A stretch of DNA of 64,000 nt from Octopus sinensis (Eukaryota). The stretch covers positions 96,844,001 to 96,908,000 of the forward strand of contig NC_043000.1 in assembly GCF_006345805.1 (NCBI RefSeq). Reading direction: 5' to 3'. The number at the start of each line of letters is the position of its first letter. Position 1 is the stretch's first letter. The translations under genes were made by a program, and so were the position numbers. Under the pieces are notes generated by a model that worked only from the letters and a program-made list of their open reading frames with translations, searched no databases and was not told the DNA's origin. This document shows positions 38,888-52,019 of this stretch, one piece after another.

Positions 38888-39093
38888 AATGGTTCAAAAC
38901 CAAGCAAAAAGATATACAAAAAAAAAGCAGAGGCAGGAGAAAGAACAACAAACAGGGTTCGGTATTCAGAAAATATGGAAGACGTTTTTGACATTTAGAG
39001 CCTACGCTCTTCTACAGAAAGAAATTAGGAGCAAAAACAGATGGAGAGAGAAAAGATCACACACACACACACACACGCACACACACACACACG

Positions 39094-39143
<50 letters not shown>

Positions 39144-40029
39144 CACACACGCACACACACACACAAGCACACAAACACACACACACACATGCACACACAC
39201 ATACACACACAAGCACACAAACACACACTCATGTATATATATATAGTTCGCTCTTTTTTGACCCATCAGTTATGAATCCATCTGTCACTTCACCTCGAGA
39301 AGGGGTACCGTATCTAGAGAATGTCAGAATTCTCAAGTCAGTTCCCTCATTTGCTAGAGAAGCAGAACCAGGCGTATTTGAGTATCTATCATATCAATCT
39401 ACGAAACCTTAGGCAACTTTTACACGGTAGAAATTGCAGTAGTTGCAAAAACAAAGTTCTTTGGATAATGACAGCCAGCTATCACTTTAAAATATCACTT
39501 AAGTGCTTTAATTCTTTTGTAAATATTGACAAACAAATGGAATTTAATTATGATTCTATGTAAACATTCAAGTGTAATAAAAATATAATAAAAATTGCTC
39601 TAAGCTTTATCTTCAATCAGATAGCAGGATGTTTAATTTGAAAGCGTTTTAATTTTTTCATACAGATTAATATTTCTCTCTTTGAGAAAGAAGCGTAAAA
39701 CTGGGAGATTGTGGTAACAAGGAACCCCTGTTTTAATAACAATTTGAAACAGATTAAGGTCTTAATTTGTATGCATTATTCACTAGGAAGTAGGCAGCGT
39801 CTTTGATCTTCGTCACCCCTGACTCCATTCCGAGATTGTTGAGATTAATACAGTTGTTGCTGAATTTGTGCATCTCTGAATTAACATTAAGAGGTTGCTA
39901 TAAGAAGTAAATATTTCATTCAAATCGTAATATTGAAAATTCTATAAAACAGTAGAATTGATTGAGCGAAATTAAAAAACAAAAATTTTAAATACGCTTT
40001 CATTTTTGTTTATTTTCTTTTGTTTATCT

Positions 40030-41200
40030 AAACTTCTTCCGTATGCTGTGAGGTCCGTCCTCGAATTCGCCATACTTTTTCCAAGCAATCACTCAACATT
40101 CGATGCAATACCAAATAGGTCCACACACGCCATAATCCAAGAATGTGGGATCGTATCGTACGCCTTACGTTAGTCGATCTATGACATGGTTAAGTTACTT
40201 TTCTTCCTCTTGCAGTTTCTAAGTACAGTTTTGTCTATCAGGAGTTGATCCTTGGTACCTCTGCGCTTACGCTTGCAACCCTTCTGCTCATGTGGCAGGA
40301 CTCCATTTTTTTTCCAGATGTTCGTACATTGACTGCGAGTATTCCGGTCAATAACTTCCACACAAGTGGCAAACAGGATATCGGCCTGTAATTGTCCACC
40401 GTATTGCCCTTTTCGATGTTTTTCAGGCACAGCACTGTCCTATCCAATGTCAACCACTCTGGTGTTACTTGGTCGGCATTTAACAATGTGTAGAGTTGCG
40501 CAGCTATACGTGCATGACATTCACCAAATCTTTTCATCCAGTAGCCTTGAACTCCATCTGGTCCCGGGGCCTTCCAGTTGCTCATTTTTTTGCTGATTTC
40601 TTTCACTTCCCTAACCGAAATGACTAGTTCTGCTTCTTTTGGACAGACTAATGGTTTGTTTCAGTTCTTTCAACCATTCAGCATCCTACTTGTGCTCCTT
40701 GTCTTTGCTCCAGATGTTACTCCAAAATCTTTGACTTCCAATGTTATCTAGTATCAACTTTTCATCTGTACCCTCTCTATTTATTTCTTTATAGAATCTT
40801 CTCTGATCTACTATGAATAACCTATTCTGGTGGCAGCCCTTCATTCTTTGGTCACATCTTACCAAATTTGCTTTATTTGCAACGAGGCGCTGCTTCAGTT
40901 CATCTACTACTACTTTCAGGCCCTTTCTTTCAATATTATACTTCCTTTTCAGCGCCCTGTATTTTTACTCGCTTTTAAACTCCCCTTTCTCTTTTCGATC
41001 TAACACAGAGATTTCTTTCGAGAGCATGTCTAACCCTGCCTGGATTTTTCTTTTCCACCATGGATATTTTCTTTTGCCATTCTCTTTATGTTTCTTTTTC
41101 TTGACATCAACACCCACATTTTCTACTACAACAATACTTGCTGCCTTAATCAAATTATTTATTTCTGTGATGTTGTTTGTTCTGATGTATTTAAGAATTT
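40030..41200 (-). mobile_element. R4/Dong-clade non-LTR retrotransposon fragment (pre-RT and N-terminal RT), decayed
   Basis: [84 protein letters not shown] and *ID*RKAYDTIPHSWI..C..LFGIASNV. The fragment ends before the QGD/YMDD motifs. Confidence 0.88.
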
Positions 41201-41229
41201 CATATTGTAAAAAAAAATCAATGAAAATA

Positions 41230-41430
41230 CAAATTATATTATTATTATTATTATTATATTATTATTATTATAATTATTATTATATTATTATTATTATTAT
41301 CATCTTATCCTCCTCATCCTCCTCCTCATCCTCCTCCTCTCATCATCATCATCATCATCATCATCATTATTATTATGAGCATGATGATGATCATCAGCAT
41401 CATCAGCAGCAGCATCATTATTATTATTAT
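41230..41430. repeat. (ATT)n/(CCT)/(CAT) microsatellite abutting the R4/Dong fragment
   Basis: Direct reading. Confidence 0.9.
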
Positions 41431-41907
41431 TATTTGTCAGATTTGCATCTGCATGTTTTATGCAATCATAGGAGCTGCACCAATAAGCTCATTAGAACCA
41501 ACTACCACCACTGCCACTACCGCCTCCACCATCAAACAGTGTGCTAGAATGCACACCACCAATGTTAAGTGCGAAGGAATAGCACCAGCATATATCATGT
41601 TTCCCACCTAGTTTATCTTATGTGCCCTTTTGTGAAGAAGAGGAAGCCTCACTAGGAAGCCCCTGCGTTGGTGACGGTGAATCCATTTTAGTGTATCGAA
41701 ATTTCAATTACTTTAATTATCCTGATATTGGAACATCACTTATATGTATACCTAATTATGTATGCATGTAAGTGACACTTACATGTATACATAAATACGT
41801 ATAAATGTTAGTTGTCAGTTTATCTAAATGCTTATTGCTAAGCGTAAATACTTATAGGTATTTAAAACATGATGTTGCAAGTAGAATTTTAAACTTTTTT
41901 TTATTTA

Positions 41908-41955
<48 letters not shown>

Positions 41956-41984
41956 ACAAGCTATTAGGCATGGGCATATGCACA

Positions 41985-42450
41985 TGCAGCTATGATTGGT
42001 TTGTTAAGAAGTTCGTATCGCAATCACATGGTTTCCGATCGAATCACAATGCGCGCCATTTTGGTCAAATGACTCCAATTAATGCTCTCAGCCTTGTGAG
42101 ATAATATGGTAGACGGAAGGTGTATAGAAAACCAATCTATATAAATACCTATGTGAGTGCGTGCATGTACGTATGTATGTATGTGTGTATGTACGTACGT
42201 ATGTATGTATGAATGCATATATGTATATATGAATGAATGACTATTTATATATGTGTCTTTGTGTTAGTTATTCTTCCAACGCTTGATAACCGGTGATAGT
42301 TTTCGGCCCTCGAGTCGTGCAATTCGACATAATACACGAGGCAATAATTATCACATTTAAAATATAACTCCTGGGGTCGATTTGTTTGACTAACCCTTCA
42401 AGGCGGTGCTCCAGCACGGTTGCAATCCAATGGTCAACTCAAGTAAAGGA
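41985..42450 (+). mobile_element. Decayed SINE family B
   Basis: AAGAAGTTCGTATCGCAATCACATGGTT, GCCTTGTGAG..GGTAGACGGAA and tail CCTGGGGTCGATTTGTTTGACTAACCCTTCAAGGCGGTGCTCCAGCA. Confidence 0.65.
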
Positions 42451-43140
42451 TCATCCTTTAGAATACCCGTAGCGTGTTACTAATGACACGAGTGTCATAT
42501 GTTCTTCAATAGTGTTCTGTGTTGTCCCTCAACCAGCTAGAAGCAGCAAACTCTTCCCTTTCATATCATACACACTACTGTTTTAAAGAAAATGAAAGAC
42601 ATATTCGACATTGTAGTAATAAATATACACATTAAAAAATGGCGATCATGGTTGGAAGATTTTGGTTGTAGACTTCGATCTACGACCTGAAGCTAAAACA
42701 ACTTCAACAACAAAAATAAGTGCTGCAGCAACAGTAGCAACAAAAACACACCGAAAATTATACCATGAAGAAACCTCAACGAGGTTCCTAGTCCAGCGGC
42801 AAATTAGAACGAAATCTCTCTCAAAGGACAGTAAATCCGTTCCAAATGGTTATTTAAACTGGGACTCCATTCTGCTCAATTTCCTAGATTTTTACTCCCT
42901 CTTTTCAAAGATGGAAATAATCTCTATGAAATGCTAAAACCATTCAAATCATAAGCCTGCTTATGCGATTGAAGTGGAAGATGAAGATAAAAGAGATTTG
43001 CATTTCTATATTTTGATGTTTACACAGAATTATGGCGAAATTCTATTTGTATTTTTAATGTTTACAATAGAATTAAAGACATTCCAATGAGATTTTTCAG
43101 GTTATGTACAGTTGTCATTATCTAAAATTGTAAATAATAA

Positions 43141-43350
43141 TAATGGTTTCAAAATTTTGGTACACGACCAGTAACTTTGAGGCAAGGGCGAAATCGATTA
43201 CATAGACCCCCTGGTACATAACTGGTACTTATTTCATCGATCTCGAAACGAGGAAAGGCAAAATCGGTCTCGGCGGAATTTGAAACTCAGAAAGTGAAGA
43301 TGGACGAAAGGCCGCAAAGCATTTAGTCGACCGTGTTAACGTGTTTCTAC
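43141..43350 (-). mobile_element. SINE family A (diverged)
   Basis: AACTGGTACTTATTTCATCGA..GAAAGGCAAA.TCG..CTCGGCGGAATTTGAA core. Confidence 0.75.
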
Positions 43351-43388
43351 CGGTTTACTGCAATAACAACAACAACAACAACAACAAC

Positions 43389-43419
<31 letters not shown>

Positions 43420-43424
43420 CGACG

Positions 43425-43471
<47 letters not shown>

Positions 43472-43638
43472 AATAATAATAGTGACCAATTAGCACTACC
43501 TCTGGCAGTACTATCCCTTCCATGGATCGATGCATTGCTTCAAATGGGGAATACTTTGAAAACGATACCAGTGTAACCATGTAAACTAAGTGAATAAAAT
43601 AATATTGCAAAATTCCGGTTTCTTTCTGGATACCCCGC

Positions 43639-43685
<47 letters not shown>

Positions 43686-44019
43686 ATATATTATATATAT
43701 ATATATATACATATATGTGTGTGTGCGTATATATATTTGTATTTATGTGTGTGTGTGTGTGTGTGTGTGTGTTTATGAGCCTATAAATCAGGGACGAAGT
43801 ATAGAAAAACGATTACAAGGAACATAATGATGTCGAAGGAAACAGTTTTAACCACGACGCTGACGGTGACGACAATAACGTTGTCGTCGCCGTCATCATC
43901 GTCATCATCAATAAAATCATGATACTAAAAACTAGAAAATCACACGGAGAGCGCAGACCTCTGTCAAGCAGCTCATTTTTACCCATATTCACGCATGCTG
44001 AAAATCGCCCAATGTCCCA

Positions 44020-44060
44020 AACCAACGCCGGCAAAAACATAACTTCCTTGGCAGGGGTAA
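44020..44060 (+). mobile_element. 3' end of a Helentron-associated (HINE/DINE-1-like) element, fragment
   Basis: AACGCCGGCAAAAACATAACTTCCTTGGCAGGGGTAA is a second copy of the terminus seen at 44672-44713. Confidence 0.4.
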
Positions 44061-44529
44061 AAAAAAACCCAGCACAGCCATATGATTTTAAGAAAATAAC
44101 CCTTTAAAAACAGAAATCATCTGAAGCAGTTCACAATCACCAACATCATCAGCAGCATTGTCATTGCTTCCACTTCAACCACATACACCGCCATCAATGT
44201 TATCACGACGGTTACCTTGACAGTCACTTTCACCACCACAGCCAGTATAATCACTGCAATATCACCATCACACAACTAACACTATCATCAACACCACTAT
44301 TACCACCATCACCGCAGCATCACACATCATACCGCTCCTGTCGCCATTATAACCACCGATACTATATTATCCTCCTCCCATACTTATCTCGACCATCGTC
44401 ATCATCAACTCTGTCTCTAAATAGCTACGCCACCATAGGTTACGTAGAAACGATGTGTTTTCAAGGGAGATAATCAAAGAACGTAGCATTGTAATACTTC
44501 ATGCAATGTAAATATATAACAAATGAAAA

Positions 44530-44713
44530 ATCCTTCAAGAATCCATACATATTCCCGGATCACTACCAAAATTTCATTATCTGTTCTTTCTGTCATTACC
44601 AACTTTTTCTGCAAGTTTCATCAAATACCGTTCACAAATGTTTGAGTTATTTTGCACACAGACGGACAATCCAACGCCAATGAAAACATAACCTCCTTCC
44701 TCGGCGGAGGTTA
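44530..44713 (+). mobile_element. Non-autonomous Helentron-like (HINE/DINE-1-type) element
   Basis: CCGGATCACTACCAAAATTT...AAGTTTCATCAAATACCGTTCA...GAGTTAT...ACAGACGGACA...GAAAACATAACCTCC-loop-GGAGGT, with a 3' hairpin at 44691-44711. This layout is recognised from HINE-type repeats. Confidence 0.5.
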
Positions 44714-44815
44714 CAATGAAGACGACAATGTATACATACATACATACATACATACATACATACATACATACATACATACATACATACTTACTTACATACA
44801 TACATACATACATAC

Positions 44816-44860
<45 letters not shown>

Positions 44861-45384
44861 TACTCACACACACACATATATATACATACACACACACATA
44901 TATGTATGTACACACGCACACATGTACGTATTTATTTGCCAGTCACACACATATATTAAGTTTCCAAATCTGAATAGCTTTGATGCCGCAGGGAGACGTG
45001 GTCTGCAACTTTTAGGACAGGACCCATCCCCAGAGAAATTGCATGTAAATGAGGAGCGTGTCTACGGGGCCGTGGACGGATGGGGTGAATGTCGATCAAT
45101 ACGCAGTTTTGCCCCTTTGCCTCTACCACCCCTTCGCCTCTACCACTCCTTCATCCTCTTCATTCTGTTGCTTCTCTTGCTCAATCCCCTTCTTTATCCT
45201 CCTCCTTCGCCAACCTCCTCTACCGACAACTTTCTTCTTCCTCCTTCTTTCTCTCTCCATTCATCATCGTACTCATCCAATTCTTTATCCTAGAACCAAT
45301 AACGGAATTACATCTAATTGGCCATTCGACCTGTTAAAAATAGTAGCGAAAACGTTCCTCAGATTTCACTATGCTGTTCATTTA

Positions 45385-45568
45385 TTATTATTAGCATGCT
45401 CGGCGTCATTTCATCCGCCTTTAAGTTCTGAGTACAAATTCCGCTAAGGTCGAATTTGCCTTTCATCCTCTCGGGGTCGATAAACTAAGTACCAGTGAAA
45501 CACTGGGTTCGTTGTAATCGACTGGTCCCCCCCCCCCAATTTAAGACCTTGTGCCTCCAGCAGAAAAG

Positions 45569-45603
<35 letters not shown>

Positions 45604-45760
45604 CATTATTAGCACGCCGGACAAAATGCTTAGAGGTATTTCATCCGTTTTCACGCTCTGAGTTCAGGTTCCGCTGAGATCGACTTTGTCTTTCATCCTT
45701 GCGGGATCGATAAAATGAGTACCACTTAAGCATTGAAATTGTTGGCCTTGTGCCCATAGT
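45385..45760 (+). mobile_element. Two adjacent family A SINE copies separated by (ATT)n
   Basis: Cores GAATTTGCCTTTCATCCTCTCGGGGTCGATAAACTAAGTACCAG and GACTTTGTCTTTCATCCTTGCGGGATCGATAAAATGAGTACC. Confidence 0.78.
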
Positions 45761-45944
45761 AAAAATTATACTTAAAAGCAAAATATATTAGATAATATAA
45801 ATCTATTCACACTGTACTTGAATAAAACAGACGGAGATAGTCATGGTTGGAAGTCCTATGACATATTTTGATATTTGTCAGGTCGGACTCAGGATTGAAC
45901 TGAGCCGTGAGCAATGAGAAAAACAACGACTTCCTATACCACAG

Positions 45945-46310
45945 CTATTCCTCCTCCTCCTCCTCCTCATCATCATCATCGTCGTCGTCGTCGTCATCGT
46001 CGTCGTCGTCGTTGTCGTCGTCATGGTTGTCGTTATCATCATCATCATCATCATCTTCATAATGATCTTCGTCTTTGCCGATGTCATCCTCTCCACCTTC
46101 ACTTCCTCCTCCACCTCCTCCTCCTCCTCCTCCTCCTCCTCATCATCATCATCATCATAATAAATCCCCATCATCGTTTTCAGCATAATAATAATCATCA
46201 TCATCATAATCAACATCATCATCATAATCAACATCATCATAATCAACATCATTGCCATCATCGTCGTCATCATAATCATCATCATCATCATCATCCTCAT
46301 CATCATCCAG
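45945..46310. repeat. Compound (CCT)/(CAT)/(CGT) microsatellite
   Basis: Direct reading. Confidence 0.9.
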
Positions 46311-47327
46311 CGTTTGTGTCTTTAGCCATTTAATTCCCGGAGACGTTATGCTTAATTGAGAAATCATTACGCATATGTACGCTATTCTCGCCAATGATAT
46401 ATAGCAGATGGCGTTTCTGGAATTTTAGTTCCGTGTCCATGTGTTCCACCGCTCTCTCGCTTCCTATCTCTTTGTTGTAGCTGTTATTGTTGTTGTTGTT
46501 ATTGCTGTTGTTGTCAACGTTTGATATCCATTATGGAAAAGGGTTTATAAAAGGACAAGCGTTGTTTCATTTCGTTTTGTTTTGTGTTTTTGCTTTCTGT
46601 TTTATTCTGTTTCTATTCTATATTTTTATCCCCAATAAAGGATTGATAAAAAGTGCTTTCCTTTTATTTATTATTTAATATATTTTATATATCGATTGAT
46701 TTATTCATTTCCGCATTCATTCGTCATTGATCACCAAACATCCATCCATATTTCCATTGAACATTTTAGCAATTATTAATTTATTAGAAGAGAGCAAGAC
46801 AACCTGGAACTTTTACTACTTGCGCGTGCGCACGTGCATGTACGATTGCGAACGGACGTGTGCTTGTGTGTCTGCGCACGTGCGTATGTGCATTGTATAG
46901 CAATGAAATATGTTTGTGTGTGTGTGTGTGTATGTGTGTGCTTGTGTGTATGTGTGTGCATATACATTGTGTACGGTAATACGAGTTGATACACATGAAT
47001 GCATATATATATATATATATGCGTGAATATGCTATTAATTATACACATGTGTGTATGCGTGTGTACGTGCGTGCGTGTGTCTGTGTATGTGTGTGAGTAG
47101 GCAAAAGTGGTCCAAAATCACATAGACAAACACACACATAGGAGCACCCAAATGCAAACTTACGCACATGCATACATACACATACATGTGTTGCATGACT
47201 CTCTTTTCCAATATATGAGTGTGAGTGAGTGTGTTCGTGCATGTGTATGTGTACGTATACGCGTATCTTGTCAATCACATACATATTCACACAAACACAG
47301 AACACACACACACATACATACATATAC

Positions 47328-47384
<57 letters not shown>

Positions 47385-47799
47385 TCATACATACATGTAT
47401 ATATACATGTATGTATGTATGTATGTATGTATGTATGTACAAACGTAAAGCTATCTAGTATGATATCATTAAGTTATGAATCTAGATGAAACTAGACAGA
47501 CCGTCAGGCAAATACTCATTGATGTGATTTTATTATATAATTACTTTCATCTTTTAACATTCTCTGTCATAACAAGGCCACTGTATCCATGGAGCAGTCT
47601 AGTGGTTGCTTCGCCTGCTGAAAATACCAGTTGAATTCATGCAAACCATACCTTGACGTCTTAATTTGCTAAGAGATAGTTAGGTGGACCAACGTAGTCC
47701 TATATGCATCTAGGAAAAGCAGGATAGATGGTTATGTCCTGAATGTCTGTGATCATAAGTCTGATCTCTTAAATTTCACGTATGACTAAGTAACAACAA

Positions 47800-47883
47800 T
47801 CGTTACTACTACTACTACTACTACTATTACTACTACTACTACTACTACCACTACTACTACCACTGCTGCTGCTGCTGCTGCTG

Positions 47884-47915
<32 letters not shown>

Positions 47916-47967
47916 GCAGCTGCTGCTACTACTACTACTACTACTAATACTACTGCTGCTGCTGCTG

Positions 47968-47998
<31 letters not shown>

Positions 47999-47999
47999 A

Positions 48000-48036
<37 letters not shown>

Positions 48037-48040
48037 TCAC
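47800..48040. repeat. (ACT)n/(GCT)n microsatellite
   Basis: Direct reading. Confidence 0.92.
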
Positions 48041-49102
48041 TCTTAATGTCAACACATATACACGCTTATTCACAGCGCCCTTGATAATTCTGAAACGTAC
48101 GAGATTGGATTCAAATTTGAGAAATATTAAAACAAGAAACAAACGTATCCACCAGCAGTTTCCACGATGAGTATTCAAGTTGTTTCTATCACTAGCTACA
48201 CACTGGACTATAATAAAAGTGGTTGAGTATTCCAACACACAGGTAATCTGACGCACGTAACTCTCTGACAGAGTCAACGTCGAATAGTGTGTGAGTAGAT
48301 CGGCCGTGTCATAGCGACAATCCAGCGTATCATCCGGGCTTCCGTACAACTTTAGTTAGCCTAATATCCCAGTAGCTACAAATATAATTAGACCTTTTTC
48401 CGAACCTTCTCGACGCCCCTAGAAAGTTATGAACTTATTTATGCTGAGCACGTTAAAATAGCTTTTCTTCAAAATATAGTTTCATACAGTTGAAAATAAA
48501 ATGGCTGTTTTGCGGTATATTTATCCGTACCAGATAAATGCTTTATATGTAACTCTACGCGACTGAAAGCCTTATTTGTTGGTCACATCAATAATGAAAA
48601 CGGAACTTCTCTGTGCAGTAGCGTGACTTGCAATGTATATCAGCGAAGTCTATCTCAAATCACACACATTAGAGAACGTACTTCAGATACAGTTTTTCTC
48701 GAACAGAAAAAAATTACCACCACTAGAAATGCATTTGATCCGAGATCTAATCGATTACACCAAACGTTAGTTTATACATCCCCCACCACCGTTGCCGCTG
48801 CCCCACCCTGTCGCCATCGTCAGCACAACAACAACAACAATAACTTCAACAATATTAATAGAAGCAACAAAGAAAATAAGTACACTGAGCGTTAAAAAAA
48901 TGTTTAAAAATACCAAATAAAATAATAGAGATTAACACAAAGGATAACATCCTGTGAAGTATTCTTCACACGTGGACTCATGAAAATATCTGATCATCGC
49001 TTTTCATCCAGCATAATTATCTTTCTCCCTTGATCCTGTCCCCACTTCTTTTGTTTTTATATCCATAGTTTTTTTTTATATAAATTTAGTATCACTCCGT
49101 AG

Positions 49103-49208
<106 letters not shown>

Positions 49209-49386
49209 ACTAGATTTATTTATTCATCTATCTTTCTAACTTTCTTTCGGTTTACTCTCTGCTTTTCTCCTTCTATAACCCTCTCACTGTATACATATAC
49301 ATGCATACATACAATATTCTCAATGTGTTTGTGTTTTTTTTCTCTTTTTCTAGACATACATTCATAAAGAAAGAAAGAGAGAGAGA

Positions 49387-49436
<50 letters not shown>

Positions 49437-50375
49437 AAGAAACGCTTGATCATTTGTTGTAGTTCTTTTAATCGTTTTAAATAATAACAACAATAATAGT
49501 ACTGATATTAACTACAACAATACTGGTAATAATGGAGTAGAAAACTATTGAATTTATTATGTCTATGAAAAAAAAATCAAATCAATTCGAATGATACACT
49601 TTGCAAACGACACACGACTGAGCGCTGACACAAAGGATCAAACAGTCCTCTGGGATAGACAGAAAAGAAGCAATAATAATAAATAATGTACTTGCTTCAT
49701 AAGTAGACATTCTAGATTTAAAAGTATGCAGAATAGATCAGCATAGCTCCGGCGCAAGGATTTTATTTTTATTTTTATTATGGCTTAGTCATAAGAGAAA
49801 GAACGTCGCTTATGACCATTTTCAGAGTGACTGAGAATTTTGGGAGAAAAAGGGTAAGTTTTGCTGAGAGTGCAAACCTAGCCTGGGTACTTATAGTCTG
49901 TTTGACTTTTCTAAAAGCAGCGAAAAGCAAAGTGATCGTATTAAACCGGACGAATGAAAGAAGACGAGAAACGATCCCTCACACGATTTACCTACGTAGT
50001 TTCTGTCTACGAAATTACATTTACAGTAACTCTGCGGTAGACCCGAGACTATGTTAGAACACACGTGTCGAAGATTCCGAGTAGTGAAATCAAATGCAAT
50101 ACCGAGCAGTGGCGAAACAAACATCTTAAACCATGCAGCAATAAATGCTCCCATAAAGATGGCATTGCCAATTCCTGAAGTGCACAGTATTTTTCTTCGT
50201 AGAGCGCTGACATGCGCATGTTATGAGGTTAAGAATTTCATTTTGAAAAGCATATGGCAGCGGTTTTCAATATATTTACGTGGCATATTGGGCTAGTGTT
50301 TTTTCCTTTAACACCGGATCGATTCAAATTTTTGCAGTGACATTTGACAGACGAAATCAATACACACGCACAACA

Positions 50376-50412
<37 letters not shown>

Positions 50413-50534
50413 ACACACACACACCACACACACACACACACACACATACGCACACACACACGCGCACACATACACACACATACACACACAGACATCCAGA
50501 TATGCACATTCACACAGACTCAAACACACACATA

Positions 50535-50744
50535 TACGAGAGGCGTAGAAAAGTTTCTGGTTTGGGGTAAAAGAAAATACGGGAGGATCGGTTAACTATG
50601 ATTATATTCAACACATTCTCCTGTCTGATTCACACACGGCCTTCTATTTTTTCCTTAGCTCGTTAAGAGAACTCGGAAGGTTTGGCCTCCAACTAGGCTT
50701 CTCGCGAGACCCTTAAAGGCAGGAAGTTTTCAGGCCCCCTCGTA
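50535..50744 (-). mobile_element. Mariner-derived MITE (family M1)
   Basis: TACGAGAGGCGTAGAAAAGTTTCTGG ... CAGGAAGTTTTCAGGCCCCCTCGTA. The interior is collinear with 35522-35725. Confidence 0.85.
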
Positions 50745-50746
50745 TA

Positions 50747-50782
<36 letters not shown>

Positions 50783-50954
50783 TGTATGTATGTATGTATG
50801 TATGATGCATGTATGCATGTAGTATGTATGTATGTATGTATATATATATGTAATATATAGTATATATATATATATATATATATAGGTAGTCCGGGTTGAT
50901 TCGGGGTTAACCACAGTCAATGAAACAGTTCTAGTCCTGTAGAAGCTCCTATAT

Positions 50955-50997
<43 letters not shown>

Positions 50998-51062
50998 GTC
51001 TCATATGGTATAATTATAAACGGCAAATTTTAGCCATTCTCAACAGACTGAAAAAAATGATG

Positions 51063-51113
51063 AACTACCTTAATCGATTTTCGAATCTTATTGGGTTCTC
51101 ATCAGAGTTGTTG
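51063..51113 (-). ncRNA. Minimal type I hammerhead-like motif, probably decayed
   Basis: Minus strand: CAACAACT-CTGATGA-GAA[CCCAATAAGA]TTC-GAAA-ATCGAT-TA-AGGTAGTT. Palindromic stem III AATCGATT, UUA triplet, bulged stem I. Confidence 0.45.
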
Positions 51114-51338
51114 ACATCACTTTGACACCCCCAGAGAAACGAGCAGCTAAATTGTACATATACACACTAAGTTGCTAGTTCTTACAAAACTAATGATGTT
51201 TCCTTCTCTTGAAAATTAATCTCAGAGTACTTCACTGAATTTTGAGTACTTTGCCTTAAACTGTAACTCCAAATTTTAAGTAGCCGGAACATACAACAAT
51301 AGACACATACATACTCAAACATTACACAGACGCATACA

Positions 51339-51370
<32 letters not shown>

Positions 51371-51415
51371 CATACATACATACATACATACATACATACA
51401 TACATACACACACAC

Positions 51416-51476
<61 letters not shown>

Positions 51477-52019
51477 CTTTCTTATTATATTTATATGTAC
51501 ACATGTATTCATAAATATAAATTTATAATTACATACGCATGTGTGTGTGTCTATGAGTATGTATGTGTGTCAGCGGTAGATGTAAACACCAGTGAGAAAA
51601 GCGATAAACCACTGTTTTCGAACTCAAATACCTCATGGTATATGTTCTGCCCGAATTACGCAGGAATTCCCTTGCCATCGTAAATGTAATGAACCAATAA
51701 TCGCCTCGTTCAAGTCTTGTAACAAAAGACGCAATTTTTCACGCAGAAAACTGTGATATTACAAATAGTAATTGTTAGTGGTATTTATTTTTATCGACTG
51801 TCACGGCGGTGATAACAAGGAAAAGTCTACTTCTGCGGATTGGATTTGAGTGTCGAACGAAGAAAAGACTAAACTAAAATACTGCCAATTCGTCATTCAG
51901 CTTTGAGGAAATAAATATTGGATAACGTTCAAAAATGCTATTAACGATATACGAATGGTCTTTAAGGAATTGCTGATACTGCTATTTCTAACCGCTTTCT
52001 TATGGATTTCTTGCACTGG

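Noticed and set aside
48040-48349. Non-repetitive part of the 187-aa minus-strand ORF
   Set aside because: It starts at a non-ATG codon, has no convincing splice sites or homology, and the remainder is (ACT)n.
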